Origin: an uncultured Chroococcidiopsis sp.
GTDB lineage: Bacteria > Cyanobacteriota > Cyanobacteriia > Cyanobacteriales > Chroococcidiopsidaceae
DNA: 64,000 nt
NCBI GenBank assembly: GCA_964248365.1
Contig: CAXTYC010000003.1
Location: 64,001-128,000, forward strand
Reading direction: 5' to 3'
Part shown: in pieces, positions 1-10,897 of the stretch
Layout of the letters: each line of letters begins with the position of its first letter
Position numbering within the stretch: the stretch's first letter is position 1
Notes under the pieces: model-generated
Told to the model about the DNA's origin: nothing
Database searches by the model: none
The model's input: only the letters and a program-made list of their open reading frames with translations
Translations under genes and position numbers: made by a program

Positions 1-2
1 GT

Positions 3-329
3 CTGTTTGCTATTGGTGTATTCTCCCTGTTGGAACTAGCAGACGCTGAACTAGTAAAAGATGAAAAGCAAAGGGTAGAGGCGCTTAAACGAGTTTCTGC
101 TATATTGCACATCTCAGAAGACAAACTCAATAAAGATTTAGAGCTATATCGCGCTAACCTGGATAAAATCGAGCAAGCGCTGATCACTATGGCAGATATG
201 CTATCAGCCGATCGCAAAAAACGGCAACAGCGTCTGCAAGCTCAAGGAGCAAGTGTTGCTAGCTCAAATTCTAACGACAGTAACGAAACTCCTGGTACAT
301 CCCCAGACAAAGCTTCTTCTGGTTCTTAA
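3..329 (+). CDS. psb29: Photosystem II biogenesis protein Psb29/Thf1, 3' part (5' end outside window)
   Basis: Frame is open from the window start: LFAIGVFSLLELAD...KDLELYRANLDK...ADRKKR, typical of the Thf1 C-terminus. Confidence 0.88.
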   Translation: MFAIGVFSLLELADAELVKDEKQRVEALKRVSAILHISEDKLNKDLELYRANLDKIEQALITMADMLSADRKKRQQRLQAQGASVASSNSNDSNETPGTSPDKASSGS

Positions 330-346
330 TCCTTTCTAAATAATAA

Positions 347-399
347 GGTGGGCAATGCCCACCTACGTTATTAAATAATAAAGGTGGGCATGGGTGGCA
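347..399. repeat. REP-like palindrome GGTGGGCAATGCCCACC plus variant GGTGGGCATGGGTGGC
   Basis: Lies between convergent genes; same family recurs near 21830, 30475, 34393, 36835-36920, 42503-42560 and 45838-45886. Confidence 0.8.
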
Positions 400-427
400 T
401 ACGTTTACTATATCTAGCGGTATCTAA

Positions 428-793
428 TTAAAAGTTTGGGGTAACAAAACCGTAGATCAAGGTGCTAACAATCGAGAGTGCCAAAGCTCCAAGTATGGCG
501 CTCAAAGGTCCCTTTTCCAAGCGAAACCCAGTGACTAAAGACGCAGCAATCCCTAGAGATATCGCTGAGACAAGGAAGGTGACAAATCCTGATAGCAAAC
601 CGAATGTCAGTAAATTTGGGATAAAAAATACTGCTCTGAGAATCGGATTGACGATGGCTGCGACAATTCCCAGTGCAGCTGCGGAAATATATGCTTTTAC
701 TGGGTTATCGATTTCAACTCCCAGTGGAAGTTTGGTAACAAGTAACAAGCTAGAGGCACTTACCAGCCAAGCAATTAGCAAATCTATCAACAT
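428..793 (-). CDS. YvlD/DUF360 (4-TM phage holin-like) membrane protein
   Basis: Hydrophobic 121 aa with LPLGVEID and PNLLTFGL motifs. Confidence 0.8.
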   Translation of the reverse strand: MLIDLLIAWLVSASSLLLVTKLPLGVEIDNPVKAYISAAALGIVAAIVNPILRAVFFIPNLLTFGLLSGFVTFLVSAISLGIAASLVTGFRLEKGPLSAILGALALSIVSTLIYGFVTPNF

Positions 794-892
794 ATTAAAA
801 CACCATCGCTGAAATTTATTAAAAAGTCATTTCTATGAGTAGACTAACTAATAAAATCTCAGCTATCCATCTACAAATTGGCAGAGAATAAT

Positions 893-1480
893 TTAGTTTC
901 TACCATTCGGATTGATGCTTGTGGGAGAAAGTGTAGGTTGGGGTACAGGTGCAGAAGGGTTGGCTGGAGTCAAATTTGAATTAGGCGTAGCGTCCAAGGG
1001 AAATTGACTAGAACCAGAGGGGGTAGTGGGAATAGTTCCAGGTGGAAGTGTCGAACCTGCTGGGCGATCGGGAGAACCAGCAATTGTTGCCAAAGCCACG
1101 CGATCGCCTCCTACTTGCCGCATTGTATCCAATAGCAAGATCACATCGTTATAACTCGATGTACGCGAAGCATTTAATATTACTGTACCCAAAGGATTTG
1201 CTTGGAAATAAGCTCGCAAAGTCTGGGACAACTGATCTAACCCCACTGGATTTTGCTCGACAAAAATTTGTCCGGCTGAGTCCAGCGTGACAATCAACCT
1301 CGATTGAAATTGTGACGGTGCGCCCGTACTAGCTTTGGGTAAATCAACATTAATCGCTTGCTGACGGGTGAATTGCAAAGCCGCCAAGAGGAAAAAGGTC
1401 AGAATACAGAAAATAACGTCAATCAGGGGAATAATTTGAACTTGGACTTCTTCAATCGGCGAATGTAAGTTGATTTTCAT
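893..1480 (-). CDS. exbD: ExbD/TolR biopolymer transporter
   Basis: IIPLIDVIFCILTFF TM motif, INVDLPKA, Pro-rich tail. Confidence 0.92.
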   Translation of the reverse strand: MKINLHSPIEEVQVQIIPLIDVIFCILTFFLLAALQFTRQQAINVDLPKASTGAPSQFQSRLIVTLDSAGQIFVEQNPVGLDQLSQTLRAYFQANPLGTVILNASRTSSYNDVILLLDTMRQVGGDRVALATIAGSPDRPAGSTLPPGTIPTTPSGSSQFPLDATPNSNLTPANPSAPVPQPTLSPTSINPNGRN

Positions 1481-1541
1481 CGTGCCAACCAGTCAAACAC
1501 AAATCACAGAATATAAGTTTTCAGTTGTGTACCAGCTTATC

Positions 1542-2378
1542 CTACACTTCTGGCGCACTGGGATCTTCGCGCCTATCTGAATATGGCGGCATAGTATAAC
1601 CCTCATCCGTACGATGCTGTTCATCCCCAACAGTTGCTTCAGATACATTTCTCTTACTAAGACGGGGAGGGAAGGTAAAGCGTTGGGTGGTTTTAGGCTG
1701 CCGCCCTTCTGGTGGCGCTGGTGGCGCTACTTGGGGTGCAGGCGATGTATCTTGAATATTTAGCCAATACTGGCGGTAGAGTAACTCTAAATCACTTCCT
1801 GCTTTACTAAAAATTTTGACTTGGTTAACTACAAAAGCTTGAAACAAACGATAGAAAACCAAACTGACGATCGCCACGATTAATCCGGTTGCGGTACTAA
1901 TTAGCGACTCACCGATGCCTAAAGTTACTCCAGCGGCTGACGAAGTTCCCAAATCACCAAGGCGAATCGAGCGCAACGATTGAATCAATCCCAATACTGT
2001 ACCCAACAATCCCAGCAAAGGGGCAAGGGCAATTACTCCCTCTAAGATTTTTTCACCTTGCCGCATTGAAGCTATTTCGTCTTCTGCGGTTGACTCTAGT
2101 GCCAAGCGAAAGATTTCAGGATCTGGTGTAGATAGGCGTAACGGCGCATACAGGAATCTGCCCACTGGCTGATAGGAGTATCTCTTGGCTATTTCGGTAG
2201 CATTTCGCCAATTGTCCTGCGCGGCATCTAAAACTCGTTCAACAATCTCCTTTTCTTGGGTGAGGATTCTAAACCAGTACGACAACCGCTCAATAATTAC
2301 ACTTAAAGACAGAATTGACAAAGCAACCAGCGGCCACATTGCTGGTCCGCCTTTTCTAAAAACATCTACAACGTCCAC
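1542..2378 (-). CDS. exbB: MotA/TolQ/ExbB proton channel protein
   Basis: GGPAMWPL, APLLGLLGTVLGLI, GIGESLISTATGL. Confidence 0.92.
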   Translation of the reverse strand: MDVVDVFRKGGPAMWPLVALSILSLSVIIERLSYWFRILTQEKEIVERVLDAAQDNWRNATEIAKRYSYQPVGRFLYAPLRLSTPDPEIFRLALESTAEDEIASMRQGEKILEGVIALAPLLGLLGTVLGLIQSLRSIRLGDLGTSSAAGVTLGIGESLISTATGLIVAIVSLVFYRLFQAFVVNQVKIFSKAGSDLELLYRQYWLNIQDTSPAPQVAPPAPPEGRQPKTTQRFTFPPRLSKRNVSEATVGDEQHRTDEGYTMPPYSDRREDPSAPEV

Positions 2379-2622
2379 TGTTTGTGCTTACCTCCGTTTA
2401 TTCTAAAGGCGATCGCATTGCTGCCCTTTGCTAGGAAGCGATCGCCGTTGGTCAAACTTCATTGTAGGGGGCAATTGAATAAATCCAATTTTTTTGCATC
2501 TATCGCTCAAAGGATATAAATAGCGATCAATAGTAGCAGCTTCCGGTCTGATTAGGGCGGTTATTCCCACCTAACTTTAACCGAGTTATTTGTCAATATT
2601 AAAGATAGCTGGAGGTAAAAAC

Positions 2623-2916
2623 ATGAACTTCTCAATCCAATCTCTTTACAACTCGTATCGCAATTTGCTGCGTAACCCTAAATATCGCTGGTGGGTAGTT
2701 TTAGGTACAGCACTGTATTTTCTGAGTCCGATTGATGTTGTCCCAGATTTTTTGCCAATTGTCGGAGAAGTTGATGATGTCTTCTTACTGACATTACTGG
2801 TATCGGAAGTTTCCCAAATAATCATAGACGGTTTCAAAGCCCGTAAAGCGAATCGTGCCGATCAAAACACTACAACACCAAATACGGTCGATGTTGATGC
2901 CGTATCTCTTAAGTAA
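2623..2916 (+). CDS. YkvA/DUF1232 family membrane protein
   Basis: YFLSPIDVVPDFLPIVGEVDD motif; ATG 2623 follows GGAGG. Confidence 0.85.
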   Translation: MNFSIQSLYNSYRNLLRNPKYRWWVVLGTALYFLSPIDVVPDFLPIVGEVDDVFLLTLLVSEVSQIIIDGFKARKANRADQNTTTPNTVDVDAVSLK

Positions 2917-2946
2917 TTAGAAAATTAATTAAATTAATTTAAATTT

Positions 2947-3004
2947 AATATTCCCTTCCCTTCTTGCCTTCGTATTGCTACATAAGGGAAGGGGATATTT
3001 TTTT
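2947..3004. terminator. Probable bidirectional intrinsic terminator between ykvA and tRNA-His
   Basis: CCCTTCCCTT...AAGGGAAGGG stem followed by a T run. Confidence 0.6.
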
Positions 3005-3013
3005 ATAGATCAG

Positions 3014-3087
3014 GGCGAACGAGGGGACTTGAACCCCCGAGTGGTGGAACCACAATCCACTGCCTTAACCACTTGGCTACGCTCGCC
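3014..3087 (-). tRNA. trnH: tRNA-His (GUG), with G-1; CCA not fully encoded
   Basis: Reverse complement GGCGAGCGTAGCCAAGTGGTTAAGGCAGTGGATTGTGGTTCCACCACTCGGGGGTTCAAGTCCCCTCGTTCGCC folds as a cloverleaf with GTG anticodon and TTCAA T-loop. Confidence 0.96.
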
Positions 3088-3186
3088 ATCGCATGGACTA
3101 TTATAACATTTTTTTAGATGATTTATCCAGATACGTTGCTGCCAAAACTGAATTTATTAGCTTAGAGTCCAAATAGCTTACAACAA

Positions 3187-3582
3187 ATGGTACTAGCGGA
3201 CATGAAGATCCCAAAGAGCATTACTTTGATTGGAGCAGTAGCTTTAGGAGGACTGGGAGTATTGATGGCATTGACCAATCCTAACGAGTCTACCTATGAA
3301 CAGTACGCAGCCGAACGGCTGACAGAATACATAAAAGATGAAGTTTGTAAAGGCGCACCCAAAATCTTTGGGATTCTTTTACAACGCAACTGTGATGAAC
3401 TAATAGATTCAAGCCATCCTGCTATTGGGAAAATAATAGCTGCAAATACACAAAGAAAAAACTTAATCTTTTTTAGTATTTACACCACAGATTTATCCGT
3501 AAGTTCAAGTATTCCTTCTTACCACTTTGAAACACTCGGAGTGTTGCAAAACTTTTATACTTACACAGCCGAAAAGCGCTAA
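3187..3582 (+). CDS. DUF4359 family protein
   Basis: N-terminal TM then TNP..YEQYA; NLIFFSIYTT and FETLGVLQNF motifs. Confidence 0.75.
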   Translation: MVLADMKIPKSITLIGAVALGGLGVLMALTNPNESTYEQYAAERLTEYIKDEVCKGAPKIFGILLQRNCDELIDSSHPAIGKIIAANTQRKNLIFFSIYTTDLSVSSSIPSYHFETLGVLQNFYTYTAEKR

Positions 3583-3589
3583 TTGGAAC

Positions 3590-3667
3590 AGTTAGCAGTT
3601 ATCAGTTACCAGTTGTCAGTTATCAGTTACCAGTTACCAGTTACCAACTACCAGGCGCGCAGTTATC
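3590..3667. repeat. Heptamer tandem repeat (AGTTACC/AGTTATC, STRR-type)
   Basis: Direct reading; heptamer arrays also near 6655, 11367, 16335, 32555, 62540 and 62652. Confidence 0.85.
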
Positions 3668-3970
3668 AATAGTAAGGGGTGAGGAAACAGGGACAAGGGT
3701 TAAGTACGCTGATGTAGCATCAGTTACATTTTTCCTTGATTAATTGTTTTTAAGCTCGAAAAATTAATAATAGGCAGGTAACAACTTTAGATAGAGAGCC
3801 AAAAGCTGTCACCTCTCTCTGGAGATACATATAGAGACGAGTTAATAGTTTTAGTATTGTTTGATGTTGGATATTTTCTTAATGAAAATTGGTTGACCAA
3901 AAGGGTAATTCAGTTCAAACACCCCCTTAAATTCTGGCTAAGTTATCCATCGCTTAAGAAGGAGAACAGC

Positions 3971-4660
3971 GTGTTTTTTCATAAGAAAGAAACTATTCAC
4001 GTAGTAAACATTGACGAACCGAATCCACGTTTTGCTCAACTACTCTTAGAACAATTCGGTGGAGCAACTGGAGAGCTTACTGCTGCCTTGCAATATTGGG
4101 TGCAGTCTTTCCATGTTGAAAATGCTGGCATTCGAGATATGCTCCAAGATATCGCTATCGAAGAGTTTGGACACTTGGAGATGGTAGGCAAAATGATTGA
4201 AGCTCATACCAAGAACGTGGATCAAACAGATGCTTATAAGAGTACTCTGTTTGCTATGCGTGGCATGGGACCTCATTATTTAAATAGCCAAGGTAGTGCT
4301 TGGACTGCCAACTACATCAATGAAGGTGGCGATGTGGTACGTGACTTACGTGCTAATATAGCTGCTGAAGCTGGAGCGCGTCAGACTTATGAGGAGCTAA
4401 TTAAATTAGCACCTGACGAAGGCTCAAAGAAAACACTAGTGCATCTGCTAACGCGGGAAATTTCCCATACCCAAATGTTCATGAAGGCTTTGGATTCTTT
4501 GGGTAAGCTAACTGATCCCTTCTTTGGCAATATTCAGCCAGATGAAACTGTAGATATTTACTACAACTTGTCTAGTAACGGTAAAGACGAGCGTGGACCT
4601 TGGAATTCTGAGCCGACTTTCCGTTATGTTGCCGATCCAGTGAACCAAAGTCAATCCTAA
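3971..4660 (+). CDS. katB: Manganese catalase (KatB-like)
   Basis: GTG start after AAGGAG; LLEQFGGATGELTAALQY, EEFGHLE, REISH Mn-ligand motifs. Confidence 0.9.
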   Translation: MFFHKKETIHVVNIDEPNPRFAQLLLEQFGGATGELTAALQYWVQSFHVENAGIRDMLQDIAIEEFGHLEMVGKMIEAHTKNVDQTDAYKSTLFAMRGMGPHYLNSQGSAWTANYINEGGDVVRDLRANIAAEAGARQTYEELIKLAPDEGSKKTLVHLLTREISHTQMFMKALDSLGKLTDPFFGNIQPDETVDIYYNLSSNGKDERGPWNSEPTFRYVADPVNQSQS

Positions 4661-4687
4661 CGAGTTGGCTGGAAAACTAGATAGAAT

Positions 4688-4729
4688 AAAACAAGTCAGT
4701 AGATAAATTACCTACTGACTTGTTTTTTT
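4688..4729 (+). terminator. Intrinsic terminator after Mn-catalase
   Basis: AAACAAGTCAGTAG...CTACTGACTTGTTT stem plus T tract. Confidence 0.8.
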
Positions 4730-4964
4730 GCTTCTTTTCTAAATTATAAGCTTTTAGCTGTTAGCCTTTGTGCTGCTAACTGCTGATCCATAGTTCCCTT
4801 GCAGATGGTGGTCTTTGATATTCATTAGTCTATCAGTTGCTACCTAGCTAAAAGCTAATAGCTAAAATAGAAGCATTTGATACAGAAAATTTTTGATTAA
4901 AGTAATTTGATAATAAATCTATAAATATAAAAATTCAACCGCTTTCTTGTTATTTACTCGACTA

Positions 4965-5735
4965 ATGCCATCTGCTTACCTGTTGGTATCTCACGGAAGC
5001 CGAGATCCCCGTCCTCAAGTCGCTATGGAGCAACTAAGCTGGTTGCTTTCTCAATCTGTGCAAACAGTCACAGAAACAGTAGCAGCAAGCTCGCAGACAG
5101 GTAGGAGCGCACCCACGAATCATCAATTCCCAATTGGGTTCGGTACAGCTTATTTAGAATTGAGTCCAACACCATTGCATGAGCAAATTATAGAATTTGC
5201 CGATCGCGTACTTAAACAGGGATACAAACGCATTGAAATTGTCCCACTGTTTCTGTTGCCTGGAGTCCATGTGAAGGAAGATATTCCAGCAAAAGTAGCT
5301 ATAGCTCAAAAAGCTTTGGGACAAGCGATAAAACTTGACATCAGACCACATTTAGGCACTCACCCAGGTTTGATTCGCTTATTGGCAAACAAACAAGCGA
5401 ATACAAAGGCAGATGGGTGGATAATGCTCGCTCATGGTAGCCGTCGTGCTGGTGCAAAAGAACCAGTCCTCGCGCTCGCCCAGCAGTTAGGGGCGTTGTT
5501 TGCTTATTGGGCTGTAGCACCTGGTTTAGAGTCGCGGGTGCAAAAGTTAGTCGATGCAGGGTATCAGGAGATTGGGATTATACCATACTTTCTGTTTGCT
5601 GGAGGTATTACTGATGCGATCGCGCAGAAGGTTGACCAGCTGCAAAAAAAGTTCCCATCTGTGAGGTTACATTTAGCTCAGCCTTTGGGTGTTAGTCAGG
5701 AGTTGGCTGATTTGATTTTGGATTTGGTTGATTAA
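4965..5735 (+). CDS. cbiX: Sirohydrochlorin chelatase (CbiX/SirB)
   Basis: HGSRDP, PLFLLPGVHVKEDIP, second HGSRR domain. Confidence 0.88.
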   Translation: MPSAYLLVSHGSRDPRPQVAMEQLSWLLSQSVQTVTETVAASSQTGRSAPTNHQFPIGFGTAYLELSPTPLHEQIIEFADRVLKQGYKRIEIVPLFLLPGVHVKEDIPAKVAIAQKALGQAIKLDIRPHLGTHPGLIRLLANKQANTKADGWIMLAHGSRRAGAKEPVLALAQQLGALFAYWAVAPGLESRVQKLVDAGYQEIGIIPYFLFAGGITDAIAQKVDQLQKKFPSVRLHLAQPLGVSQELADLILDLVD

Positions 5736-5772
5736 CGAACCGCAAAGACGCGCTCGTGCGCGAAGGAAGAGA

Positions 5773-6528
5773 ATGGGGAATGTGGGTAAGGTTTATTTGG
5801 TGGGTGCGGGACCTGGAGATCCAGGGTTGTTTACTCTGAAGGGGAAGGGGTTGCTAGAGTGTGCGGATGTGGTGGTTTATGATGCTTTGGTGAGTCCGGC
5901 AATTCTGGGAATGATTAATCCGCAGGCAGAAAAAATTAATGCGGGAAAGCGGCGAGGGCGGCATTCTTTGGTGCAGGATGATATTACTGGGGTGTTGATT
6001 TCAAAGGCTCAAGATCATGCCATAGTGGTGCGATTGAAGGGAGGCGACCCGTTTATATATGGTCGCGGTGGTGAGGAGATGGTAGATTTGGTTGCAGCTG
6101 GGGTGTCTGTGGAAGTGGTTCCAGGGATTACTTCGGGAATTGCAGCGCCAGCCTATGCCGGAATTCCTTTGACTCATCGAGATTATAGTTCGTCGGTGAC
6201 TTTTGTTACTGGTCATGAGGCGGCTGGGAAGTATCGACCAGTGGTAAATTGGCAGGCGATCGCCAGTAGTTCAGAAACGATTGTGATTTATATGGGTGTT
6301 CACAATCTGCCCTATATTGTCCAGCAATTACATTCGGCAGGGTTGAGTTTAGATACTCCTGTTGCTTTGGTGCGTTGGGGAACTCGACCGGAACAGGAGG
6401 AATTGATAGGGACTTTGGGTACAATTGTGGCACAGGTTGAGGCAACAGGGTTTGCAGCCCCAGCGATCGCCGTAGTTGGTAAAGTGGTAGATCTGCACCG
6501 TCTTCTATCAGGTTGTCGTCCAAGTTAG
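5773..6528 (+). CDS. cobA: Uroporphyrinogen-III C-methyltransferase
   Basis: VYLVGAGPGDPGL, RLKGGDPFIYGRGGEE, VPGITS. Confidence 0.95.
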   Translation: MGNVGKVYLVGAGPGDPGLFTLKGKGLLECADVVVYDALVSPAILGMINPQAEKINAGKRRGRHSLVQDDITGVLISKAQDHAIVVRLKGGDPFIYGRGGEEMVDLVAAGVSVEVVPGITSGIAAPAYAGIPLTHRDYSSSVTFVTGHEAAGKYRPVVNWQAIASSSETIVIYMGVHNLPYIVQQLHSAGLSLDTPVALVRWGTRPEQEELIGTLGTIVAQVEATGFAAPAIAVVGKVVDLHRLLSGCRPS

Positions 6529-6692
6529 CCCTATAATTATCACCCAATGCGTGGATCTTGGATTGTTAGGCTAACTCAATTCTTCAATTCTTCAATCTAA
6601 AATCAAACGGGGCAAGTAAACCGTTAATTTTAGATTTAAATAGTCTTACCCTAATCTAAAATCTAAAATCTAAAATCTAAAATCCTTAGAGA

Positions 6693-7652
6693 GTGTCATT
6701 TCCTCCATCTGAAGCAAATTTTCTATCTTTACAAGTTGAAACTACAGATCGCCTAGATCGTTATCTCGCCCAACATCTATCCGATTTATCTCGTTCTCGG
6801 CTGCAACAATTGATCGAACAAGGCAATGTGCAAGTTAATGGTAGTGTTTGCACGTCTAAAAAAGCTACGGTTAAAGGGGGCGATCGCATTCAAATTGAAA
6901 TTCCCCCAGCCCAACCATTAGAACTATTAGCCCAAGAAATTCCCCTGGATATTCTTTACGAAGATGACTCGCTACTAATTATTAATAAACCAGCTGGATT
7001 AGTAGTCCATCCTGCTCCTGGTCATAATGATGGTACTTTAGTAAATGCCTTGTTAGCACACTGCCCAAATTTACCAGGAATTGGTGGCGTGCAGCGTCCA
7101 GGGATTGTCCATCGGCTAGATAAAGATACTACAGGGGCGATCGCAATTGCTAAAACAGAACTTGCCCAAAGACACCTGCAAGCGCAACTCAAAGCCAAAA
7201 CTGCCCGTCGGGAATATCTGGGTATCGTTTACGGTGCTACTAAAGCTACTAGTGGTACAGTAGATCTTCCAATTGGTCGTCATCCTATAGATAGAAAAAA
7301 AATGGCGATCGTTCCGATTGAGAAGGGAGGACGCACCGCTGTTACTCATTGGCGAGTGCTTGAAAGACTGGGTAACTACACTTTGATCCATTTCCAGTTA
7401 GAAACTGGTCGCACTCATCAAATTCGCGTCCATTCCGCCCACATCGGTCATCCGATTGTCGGAGATCCAGTTTATAGTTCCAATCGTTCTGTAGGTGTAA
7501 ACCTATCTGGTCAAGCACTTCACGCTTGGAAACTTACACTGCAACATCCTATATCTGGCGAGTGGGTTGAAGTTAGTGCACCACCACCTGCCCAATTTAC
7601 CACTTTGCTAGAAGTTCTCCGCCGTCGAGTTATAGCAGAAAGTAGAGAGTAG
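6693..7652 (+). CDS. rluD: RluA/RluD family 23S rRNA pseudouridine synthase
   Basis: S4-like N-terminus, NKPAGLVVHP, HRLDKDTTG, TGRTHQIRVH. Confidence 0.9.
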   Translation: MSFPPSEANFLSLQVETTDRLDRYLAQHLSDLSRSRLQQLIEQGNVQVNGSVCTSKKATVKGGDRIQIEIPPAQPLELLAQEIPLDILYEDDSLLIINKPAGLVVHPAPGHNDGTLVNALLAHCPNLPGIGGVQRPGIVHRLDKDTTGAIAIAKTELAQRHLQAQLKAKTARREYLGIVYGATKATSGTVDLPIGRHPIDRKKMAIVPIEKGGRTAVTHWRVLERLGNYTLIHFQLETGRTHQIRVHSAHIGHPIVGDPVYSSNRSVGVNLSGQALHAWKLTLQHPISGEWVEVSAPPPAQFTTLLEVLRRRVIAESRE

Positions 7653-8324
7653 ACAGTTATCAATTAACAATCATAATTAATGGCACTTCTCAAGAGTATT
7701 TTATAGCTCAATTGAGATTGCTGTATTGTTCATTCTGCTTTTTTTTTCCTTGTTAGGAATTTTAAGTTTAATTTTATCAAATAATTTTATTAATCCGCTC
7801 AAAGCGTTGTTCTGCAAATAAATCCGAGCTTTTTGTTCTATATTTACTGTGTTTAACAATTTTAATCACTAAGATTTATTAAGCGCATTCTATAAAACAA
7901 ACCAGTACTTAAGAAAAATTATTATAACAATTACCTTTCAATTTTTTTTCTGAGCATTTAACAGCAACACTATAAAAATTCGCGCATTCGGAAGTCGAAA
8001 TTCGCGGATTGATGATTTTCCCCCCTGCTCCTTTTGCTCCCTCATCTCTCTTAACCGCCCCTGATTTAAGCAACTTTAAGCAATCTTTATACATGAAACC
8101 TTTATATTTCTTTACATAACTGCTATTGCCGTAGTTGTAATAGAGACTATCAATCTGTATAGCTTTCAAGGGTTGAGGAAATCTTAAGAAAATATAAAAA
8201 TTTCTCCAAGGTTCGTTTTAAGTATAAATACTGTGAATTTTTATAACAAAAAACTGAATGTATAACGGTTGAAACACTTACTGAGTAATGATTTGCAGCT
8301 TTTATTACCGAATGAAAGGGAATA

Positions 8325-8622
8325 TTAACAATTTGTAATAAATAATGCCCCAACGGCATTGTATAAACATAAGCTGGAGGGGTAAATAACAGACGAAAGT
8401 TAAACAAAATGACCCAAGCACACAAGTTCGCCCGTTTCTCATAAAAGTGGAAACTTTTCTCAGATTTCTCAAAGCAATGGTGAGATTGCCAAGATGGAAC
8501 CTGAACAGCAGCTTGCCTGTGAGTGTTTGACTTTGTCTGTGGTTATCCATTCCAGTTTGATAAAACACCGCCAATTTTAATCAAAACTGCGCTCGATTTT
8601 CGCAAGTAGGAGAAATTAGTTC
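8325..8622 (+). promoter_or_regulatory. cpcB promoter and long 5' leader (approximate)
   Basis: TTGTATAAACATAAGCTGGAGGGG resembles conserved cpcBA promoter/leader starts; AGGAGA RBS before ATG 8623. Confidence 0.45.
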
Positions 8623-9147
8623 ATGTTAGACGCATTTGCCAAGGTTGTTTCTCAAGCCGACTCAAGAGGTGAATTCCTGAGCGGTCAGCAGTTCGATGCA
8701 CTGACCAACATGGTCAAAGAAGGTAACAAGCGGATAGACGCGGTTAACCGGATTAGCACCAATGCTTCTAGTATTGTTTCTGATGCAGCTCGCGCTTTGT
8801 TTGAAGAGCAGCCACAGCTGATTGCTCCTGGTGGTAATGCTTACACCAACCGTCGCATGGCAGCTTGCTTGCGCGACATGGAAATTATCCTGCGTTACGT
8901 TACCTATGCCACAATGGCTGGTGATTCTAGTGTTCTAGATGATCGCTGTTTGAACGGGCTGCGCGAAACCTACCAAGCATTGGGCGTACCTGGTGGTTCA
9001 ACTGCTCGTGGCGTACAAAAAATGAAGGATATTGCGATTGCGATCGCCAATGATTCTAATGCTCCTGGTATCGTCCAAGGTGATTGCAGTGCAATCATGT
9101 CCGAACTAGCAAGCTACTTTGATCGCGCAGCTTCTGCTGTTGCTTAA
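8623..9147 (+). CDS. cpcB: C-phycocyanin beta subunit
   Basis: [23 protein letters not shown] (Cys82), GDCS (Cys153). Confidence 0.98.
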   Translation: MLDAFAKVVSQADSRGEFLSGQQFDALTNMVKEGNKRIDAVNRISTNASSIVSDAARALFEEQPQLIAPGGNAYTNRRMAACLRDMEIILRYVTYATMAGDSSVLDDRCLNGLRETYQALGVPGGSTARGVQKMKDIAIAIANDSNAPGIVQGDCSAIMSELASYFDRAASAVA

Positions 9148-9205
9148 TTGAGTTTGATAGCTTGAGAAACGTTGCCAAAATTATTTAAAGGGAGATACCA
9201 AGACG

Positions 9206-9694
9206 ATGAAAACACCAATTACAGAAGCGATCGCAGCAGCAGATACCCAAGGGCGTTTCCTGGGTAACACCGAATTGCAATCCGCTAACGGTCGGTTTGC
9301 ACAGGCGACGGCAGGTTTGAATGCTGCTCGCTCGCTGACCCAAAATGCTCAAAAATTGATTGATGGTGCAGCTAATGCTGTATACCAGAAATTCCCCTAC
9401 ACCACCCAAATGCAGGGTCCTCAGTACGCTGCTGACTCACGCGGTAAATCCAAGTGCGCTCGTGACATCGGTCACTACCTACGCATGGTGACATACTGCT
9501 TGATTGCAGGTGGTACAGGTCCAATGGATGAGTATCTAATTGCTGGTTTGGATGAAATCAACCGCTCTTTCGAGCTGTCTAACAGCTGGTACATTGAAGC
9601 TTTGAATCACATCAAGGCTAATCATGGACTAAGCGGTCAAGAAGCAAACCAAACTAACACCTACATCGACTACGCAATTAGCGCCCTGAGCTAG
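9206..9694 (+). CDS. cpcA: C-phycocyanin alpha subunit
   Basis: [24 protein letters not shown] (Cys84). Confidence 0.98.
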   Translation: MKTPITEAIAAADTQGRFLGNTELQSANGRFAQATAGLNAARSLTQNAQKLIDGAANAVYQKFPYTTQMQGPQYAADSRGKSKCARDIGHYLRMVTYCLIAGGTGPMDEYLIAGLDEINRSFELSNSWYIEALNHIKANHGLSGQEANQTNTYIDYAISALS

Positions 9695-9707
9695 TCTTAA
9701 GGTGCTT

Positions 9708-9767
9708 TGCCCGGAAGAATCAGCGAGTGTTGGCGTAGTGGCTAGCAGTTGATGATTTTTCCGGGCA
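9708..9767 (+). terminator. Stem-loop after cpcA (partial terminator or transcript stabiliser)
   Basis: TGCCCGGAA...TTCCGGGCA followed by TTGTTTTT. Confidence 0.7.
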
Positions 9768-9822
9768 TTGTTTTTCTCATTTTGACTATAAAAAACTTAA
9801 AAGTTGCGTTGTTGGGATAAGT

Positions 9823-10710
9823 ATGAGCGCTTTAATGGTGAACAATTTAGCAGCAGCAGGACCACTCGGTCTTTCTGCGTTCGATGCCTCATCAAGAATT
9901 GAGCTACGACCTGACTGGACGGAGAGTGAGCTGCAAACTGTGTTCCGCGCCGTTTACCGCCAGGTGTTGGGCAACGACTACATAATGAAAGCGGAACGCC
10001 TAAGTTCGGCTGAATCTCTGCTACGGCAAGGAAGCTATACAGTACGGGAGTTTGTCCGCGCTGTTGCCAAATCAGATTTATACAAAAACAAGTTTTTCTA
10101 CCCCAATTCAAATCAACGCTTTGTTGAACTTAATTTTAAGCATTTGTTAGGTCGCCCCCCTTATGATGAAAGGGAACTAGCAGATCACACTGGTCTTTGT
10201 GAGGAACAAGGCTACGATGCTGAGATTGATTCCCACATCGACAGCGTTGAGTATGAACAAAAATTTGGGAACAATGTCGTACCCTATTACACCGGATTTG
10301 AGGTGGGAACAGGAGCGAGAACGGTAGGCTTTAACCGGATGTTCCGCCTGTATCGGGGTTATGCCAGTAGCGATCGCGGTTCAGTCGGAGGGAAATCTCC
10401 CCGCCTCATGGGCGAACTCGGTCGCAATCAGGTTGCCACAATTGTTAAACCCTCTGATGGTGGGGGTGGTGGAACCTGGAGACACGGCGCTGCCATTCCC
10501 CAAGATGCTGCCCCCAGAAAAGCACTCGGTGGTACTCCAGAAGAAAGCGGACGGATGTACCGGATCGAAGTAGTTGGAATTCTCCAACCTGGCTACCCTA
10601 AAGTTCGTCGCAGCAGCACTGCAATTTTAGTACCCTACGAGCGGCTATCCCAAAAATACCAGGAAATCGTCAAGAAGGGCGGCAGAATTATCAGCGTTAC
10701 ACCAGCTTAA
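9823..10710 (+). CDS. cpcC: Phycocyanin rod linker polypeptide (CpcC/CpcH/CpcI type)
   Basis: PBS linker domain ([16 protein letters not shown]) plus C-terminal CpcD-like domain ([10 protein letters not shown]). Confidence 0.9.
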   Translation: MSALMVNNLAAAGPLGLSAFDASSRIELRPDWTESELQTVFRAVYRQVLGNDYIMKAERLSSAESLLRQGSYTVREFVRAVAKSDLYKNKFFYPNSNQRFVELNFKHLLGRPPYDERELADHTGLCEEQGYDAEIDSHIDSVEYEQKFGNNVVPYYTGFEVGTGARTVGFNRMFRLYRGYASSDRGSVGGKSPRLMGELGRNQVATIVKPSDGGGGGTWRHGAAIPQDAAPRKALGGTPEESGRMYRIEVVGILQPGYPKVRRSSTAILVPYERLSQKYQEIVKKGGRIISVTPA

Positions 10711-10897
10711 GGAAAGCAGGGGGAGAGTGGGAATCAGGGGAGATGGACAAGATGAAGAATTAACTATTCTGTCTTCTGTCTTCACAACTTTTGACTTCTA
10801 TCTCCTCACCTCCTCACCTCCTCACCTCCTTTTTCCTTTCCCTTTGCCTTTCTTTGCCTCCCGCCAGTTTATTCAATTACAGGAGCGCTTATTAACT

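Noticed and set aside
428..793. Prophage suggested by a holin-like family
   Set aside because: YvlD/DUF360 proteins are ordinary chromosomal membrane proteins, and no phage genes are nearby
3014..3087. tRNA-His as an island integration site
   Set aside because: No integrase and no duplicated tRNA 3' end seen in the window
7909..8574. Three short minus-strand ORFs upstream of cpcB
   Set aside because: AT-rich promoter/leader region with no recognisable protein features
10727..10897. N-terminal extension of the first cpcD in the ORF track
   Set aside because: Encoded by intergenic heptamer repeats; the RBS supports ATG 10898
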